NCBI RefSeq assembly: GCF_009914755.1
Contig: NC_060927.1
Reading direction: 5' to 3' (one strand)
Length of the DNA stretch: 64,000 nucleotides
Source of the DNA: the human T2T-CHM13v2.0 reference genome, Homo sapiens
Positions 60,633-64,000 of the stretch are shown in pieces; the stretch's first letter is position 1, and every line of letters starts with the position of its first letter. The notes below the pieces were generated by a model. That model did not search any database. It was not told the DNA's origin and saw nothing but the letters and a program-made list of their open reading frames with translations. Position numbers and translations under genes: made by a program.

Positions 60633-62857
60633 GTGATGGACTAAGAGCTCCAGCTGGGGAAGTGTCACTGCCAAGCCTGCAGCCTGACGCCCTCTCAATA
60701 GTGCCTGCATTGGGTGTCACAGCACCTGTCTGAGCACTGGGCACACCCAAGGGCAGGCTCAGCTCCCACCCAGCCTTCCCATCTTGGCTGCTGCTTGGAG
60801 CCTGTACTGTCACTGCTGCCCTTTCTCTCAGGCCACACAGCCCAGTAAACACAGCCACAAGCTACATCGACAGTGCCCATGTTCTGCTGCTGAGCCACCA
60901 TGGAGTCACTCAATCCTTGGAGCCTAAATATACACAGCCCTGCTCTCAGACATACTTCCATTAGATTTAATAGCCAGCCTTCATCAATACTAATTTTCAG
61001 CTATGGAATCAAACATATATGGCCCTACTCTGGGACACACCTCTACCAGATTTAATAGACATTCCTCATTAACACTTTCAGCTATGGAATTGCAGACAGT
61101 TGATGATGAAGCAATGATATCATAAATGAATATCAAGTCAGGGAAGCAGAATGATGCCCAAGGGTGGATGTTCTAAAACGTGACAAGAATTTTCTCTCAG
61201 TGATGACATGGCAGAGAAATAAGCTAGGAAAAAATGATAAGATAAAGTTTCTCTAACCAAGACCTCAAAGCTGGACTACAGTGATGGAGGGAAGGAATTG
61301 AGAGAGCAAGCCACCAAGCGGAAGCTGCTCTTCACCCTGGGGGGGTGGGCAATGGACAGCAGAAGGACTCAGACACAGATGCTTCCAGCCAGCCCAGTCT
61401 CTGTTGTGGTACTGCAAGGTTGATACACTCCCTGAAGCACCACGGCATGAAATGGAGGTTCCTACAGCCAAGAAGAAAGAGAAGCAGGTTCTGAGCAGAA
61501 GACGATTAAGAAGGAGCCTGTCATCCAGAAGTCCAGCCTGCTATTTGGCATGGGGCTATCAGGGATCCAAGCCAGCTACCTCATCTCTGAACACCAGCAG
61601 GTGACTCTTCCCATGCAGATGACAGCCAAGGAGTCTGAAAACAGCCCAGAGGACAAAACACCAAATCACCCCTCCCAGTCTACAGTGTGTTGGAAGGGAA
61701 TAGCTAACTCTGCCTCAAAAAACAAAGATAAAGGGAACAAGACAAACAAACAAGCAGAGACCTTTCTGCACTGAGCTGCCATCTGAAGGGATATCCAGGA
61801 CTTCAAAGGGTTCATTAGTGAGTGGATGGACATCAACACCAAGGTCTTCACAGGCTGGACAGTGCCGCATGTAACATGTAACAAGGGATATTACACGGTT
61901 GCAAAGCAGCCACTGGCCCCAGGTACAGAGGTGAACACTAAGGGCCTGGTGAACACTACGCCTTTGCAGAACACCACCAACAACAGGCATGACAAGATTG
62001 GCAACTTCCCTTGGCCCTTCACACGTCTGCTCTGTCCTGATGTCTGGGTCATTCTGTAGCTTCGTGTTCCCCTATCCTAGCTAGTCTCATGGTGCTGGGC
62101 ATGAGGAAGTAAGTTTTTGCCTCCCTAACCTCAAAGACCGGCTGTCCCCTCTATCTGCCCCCAGCTTTCTCACCTTGGATCAGTACCTGAACAGCCTCTC
62201 ACAGTATTCACAACAAGCACCATCTAAAAAAAAAGGCTTACATCCATGAGACATGCAGGTCTGGTTGTGTTTTATCAGGTGAAGGATTACACCAAGTGGA
62301 AGGAGGCCTGCAGGAGTTGCTGCTGGTCCCTGTCGTTGTCACTGTGGGACTGTTAGACCTGCAAGGCAGATCCATCCAAGTCTGGAATGAAGTAATACCA
62401 TTCCACAGGTATAGCCAGTGCATAGGATGATAGAATCAAGAATCAAAAAATGACGATTATAACCAGCTCAGAAGCAGTGAGCACTAAGACGACTCAGCCT
62501 TCATGGAGAAGTGGCTGTTTCCAGGTCTGAAGCAAAGAATGACATGATGTACCCAAAACCCTCTGTCTTGCTGGAAAGGAGGGCTGGAACTCACAGGTGG
62601 GGAGGGTCTTAAGTAATCACCACAGCTCTGTGAAGAGCCCCCTGGCCATAGGCAGTATAGTTGGAGTGTGGTAAGGACAAGGCCAAGGGGACAAATGAGG
62701 CCACATCTGCTTGCATCCATCATACTCCTTTATGGCAAGTCATGCCTGGCTATTGTGGGAGATGCTGGAATCCACAGTGCCTAGGGTGTAAAAAACAGTT
62801 GCAAAAATGACAAGTCACTGTGGGGGATGGAGGGGACTCTGAATTAAAGATTTCTGT

Positions 62858-63140
62858 GACAATCAGGGAAACCTGAACTGATTACATATTTGATGTTAAA
62901 AAAATCCTATTAAATTTTTAGGTAAGATAATGGCATTATGGTTTGTTTTGTTTGTTTTTTTTAAGGGCCCTTCCAGAGAAATGTACTGAAAAAGTCTACG
63001 CAATGTCTGGGATTTGCTAAACAATACCTGGAAAGCAGACAGGTATGAGTGGAATGGCACTGGCTGTGGGCTGACAGGTGACGCAACTGGGGCAGGGGGC
63101 ATCCTTTGAGTTTTTATATTTTTGTAATTATCACTTTTAA
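62858..63140 (+). mobile_element. Ancient L1M (MC/ME) 3' fragment inside the retrocopy
   Basis: acaatcagggaaa..., ttttaggtaagataatggcattatggtt, atgtctgggatttgct. Confidence 0.6.
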
Positions 63141-63181
63141 ACTTTTTATTATTGAGAATGTCAAAGACCCTGGAAACATGG

Positions 63182-63600
63182 TGAGGTAAGCAAGAAAATG
63201 GTCCCCAAGTGCTTACATCACGACTCCAGAAGCTATGGGTATATGACCACACATAGGAGATTATCCAGGATTATCTGGGCTGGCCCAGGGTAACCACATG
63301 AGTCCTTGCAGTTTAAGAGCTTTTCCTGGCTGAGCCACACAGATACCAAAAGAAGCAGAAAACATTAGAGCCTGAGGGCCCTCCTCAGGCTTCTTCTGGT
63401 ATCTGGCTTTGCTGGCCTTGGAGTAGGGGGCCAAGGAATGTGGTGGCCTCTTAGGGGCTGGGAACAGGAACCTCAGTCCCGCTCCTGCCAGCACCTTGAC
63501 CTTAGCCCAGTTAGGGAGGCAGATTTTGGACCTCTGACTTCCAGAACTGTAGCCTAAGATTGCAGTGATTTGTTGTAAGTTGCAATAGAAAACTCATACA
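63182..63600 (+). mobile_element. MLT1 (D/E-like) LTR inside the retrocopy
   Basis: gagattatccaggattatctgggctggccc, gccaaggaatgtggtggcctct, ctgacttccagaactgta, gcaatagaaaactcataca. Confidence 0.75.
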
Positions 63601-63977
63601 CATAAAAACTCTGTGTGGATTAAACAATATAAAATATAATATACTAAATAAAAATAGATTATGTGTGTGACAAGACTCTATATCAAGCTTTATTACAGAT
63701 TCTTTTAATGCACTAATCTCAGACTGAAATAAAGTTGAAATTAAATTTAATATTTGTACTTGAGTTATGTGTATCACTGTCCTGGTGTATGAAACACAGT
63801 TTGCTGATGATGAACAGCTGGACAGCGCTCTGGAAATGTCACCATGGGTGTTCCTGCCACTAATATTACCACCTTTATGCTTGTGAAGTCAAGCAAGGAA
63901 GATACTATCTTATATTATAATGTAAATGAAAATGAAAAATAAACCAGCTTACAGAAACTTGGAAAAAGAAGAAAATG

Positions 63978-64000
63978 TATAAAAAGAGACAAAGAAGGTC
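63978..64000 (+). mobile_element. Resumption of the interrupted L1 ORF2
   Basis: tataaaaagagacaaagaaggtc is the L1 sequence expected directly after gatttcaagacaaaaac (60614-60630); only 23 bp visible. Confidence 0.75.

Larger units (their letters stand above)
60633..63975 (+). pseudogene. ANKRD11: ANKRD11 processed pseudogene (retrocopy of a short isoform); coding homology 61154-61996
   Basis: Translates as MPKGGCSK..., DKVSLTKTSKL..DGGKELREQATKRKL, LLFGMGLSGIQASY, HPSQSTVC, GWT..H.TCNKGYY.VAKQ..AP.GTEVNTKGL, matching recalled ANKRD11 residues 1-248; intronless, with stops and frameshifts; AATAAA 63938-63943 and A-rich tail 63963-63975. The symbol names the parent gene. Confidence 0.9.

Noticed and set aside
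61154-61996. Functional ANKRD11 paralogue
   Set aside because: In-frame stops within the first codons and in the first ankyrin repeat (ctgcactga), plus frameshifts
57155-62060. L1-ANKRD11 template-switch chimera or fusion gene
   Set aside because: L1 ORF2 resumes at ~63978, so a later insertion into the L1 is simpler; both parts contain stops and frameshifts
62226-62235. A-run as the retrocopy poly(A) tail
   Set aside because: No AATAAA upstream and no L1 sequence after it; the signal and tail at 63938-63975 fit better

Overview
Primate (human or great-ape) genomic DNA, judged from AluY, an L1PA2-type L1 and THE1 elements. It is repeat-rich and I find no intact protein-coding gene. Three structures stand out. 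(1) 24235-28554 is a ~4.3-kb quasi-palindrome: two ~200-bp inverted arms (~87% identical by hand alignment) enclose a ~3.85-kb array of (TA)n-CC-AAGA-GG-(AT)n units. Each unit is itself a hairpin, and several show compensatory stem changes. The structure starts where a Tigger6/MER82 transposon breaks off. (2) 60633-63975 is an old ANKRD11 processed pseudogene inside an L1M ORF2, which resumes at the window end. It appears to preserve a non-canonical isoform: a duplicated ~85-bp 5'UTR block, a 101-bp extra exon, and loss of coding homology after K248 followed by ~2 kb ending in AATAAA and an A-rich tail. (3) A candidate spliced minus-strand transcript at ~16180-17998 ends in a MIR-derived exon. 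Also present are a complete THE1B element with a 366-codon open frame, a 5'-truncated L1PA2 with TSD, nine Alu-family elements and many older L2/MIR/MER fragments. Family assignments and ANKRD11 exon boundaries come from my recall of consensus sequences, not from database searches. Boundaries of old repeats are approximate.
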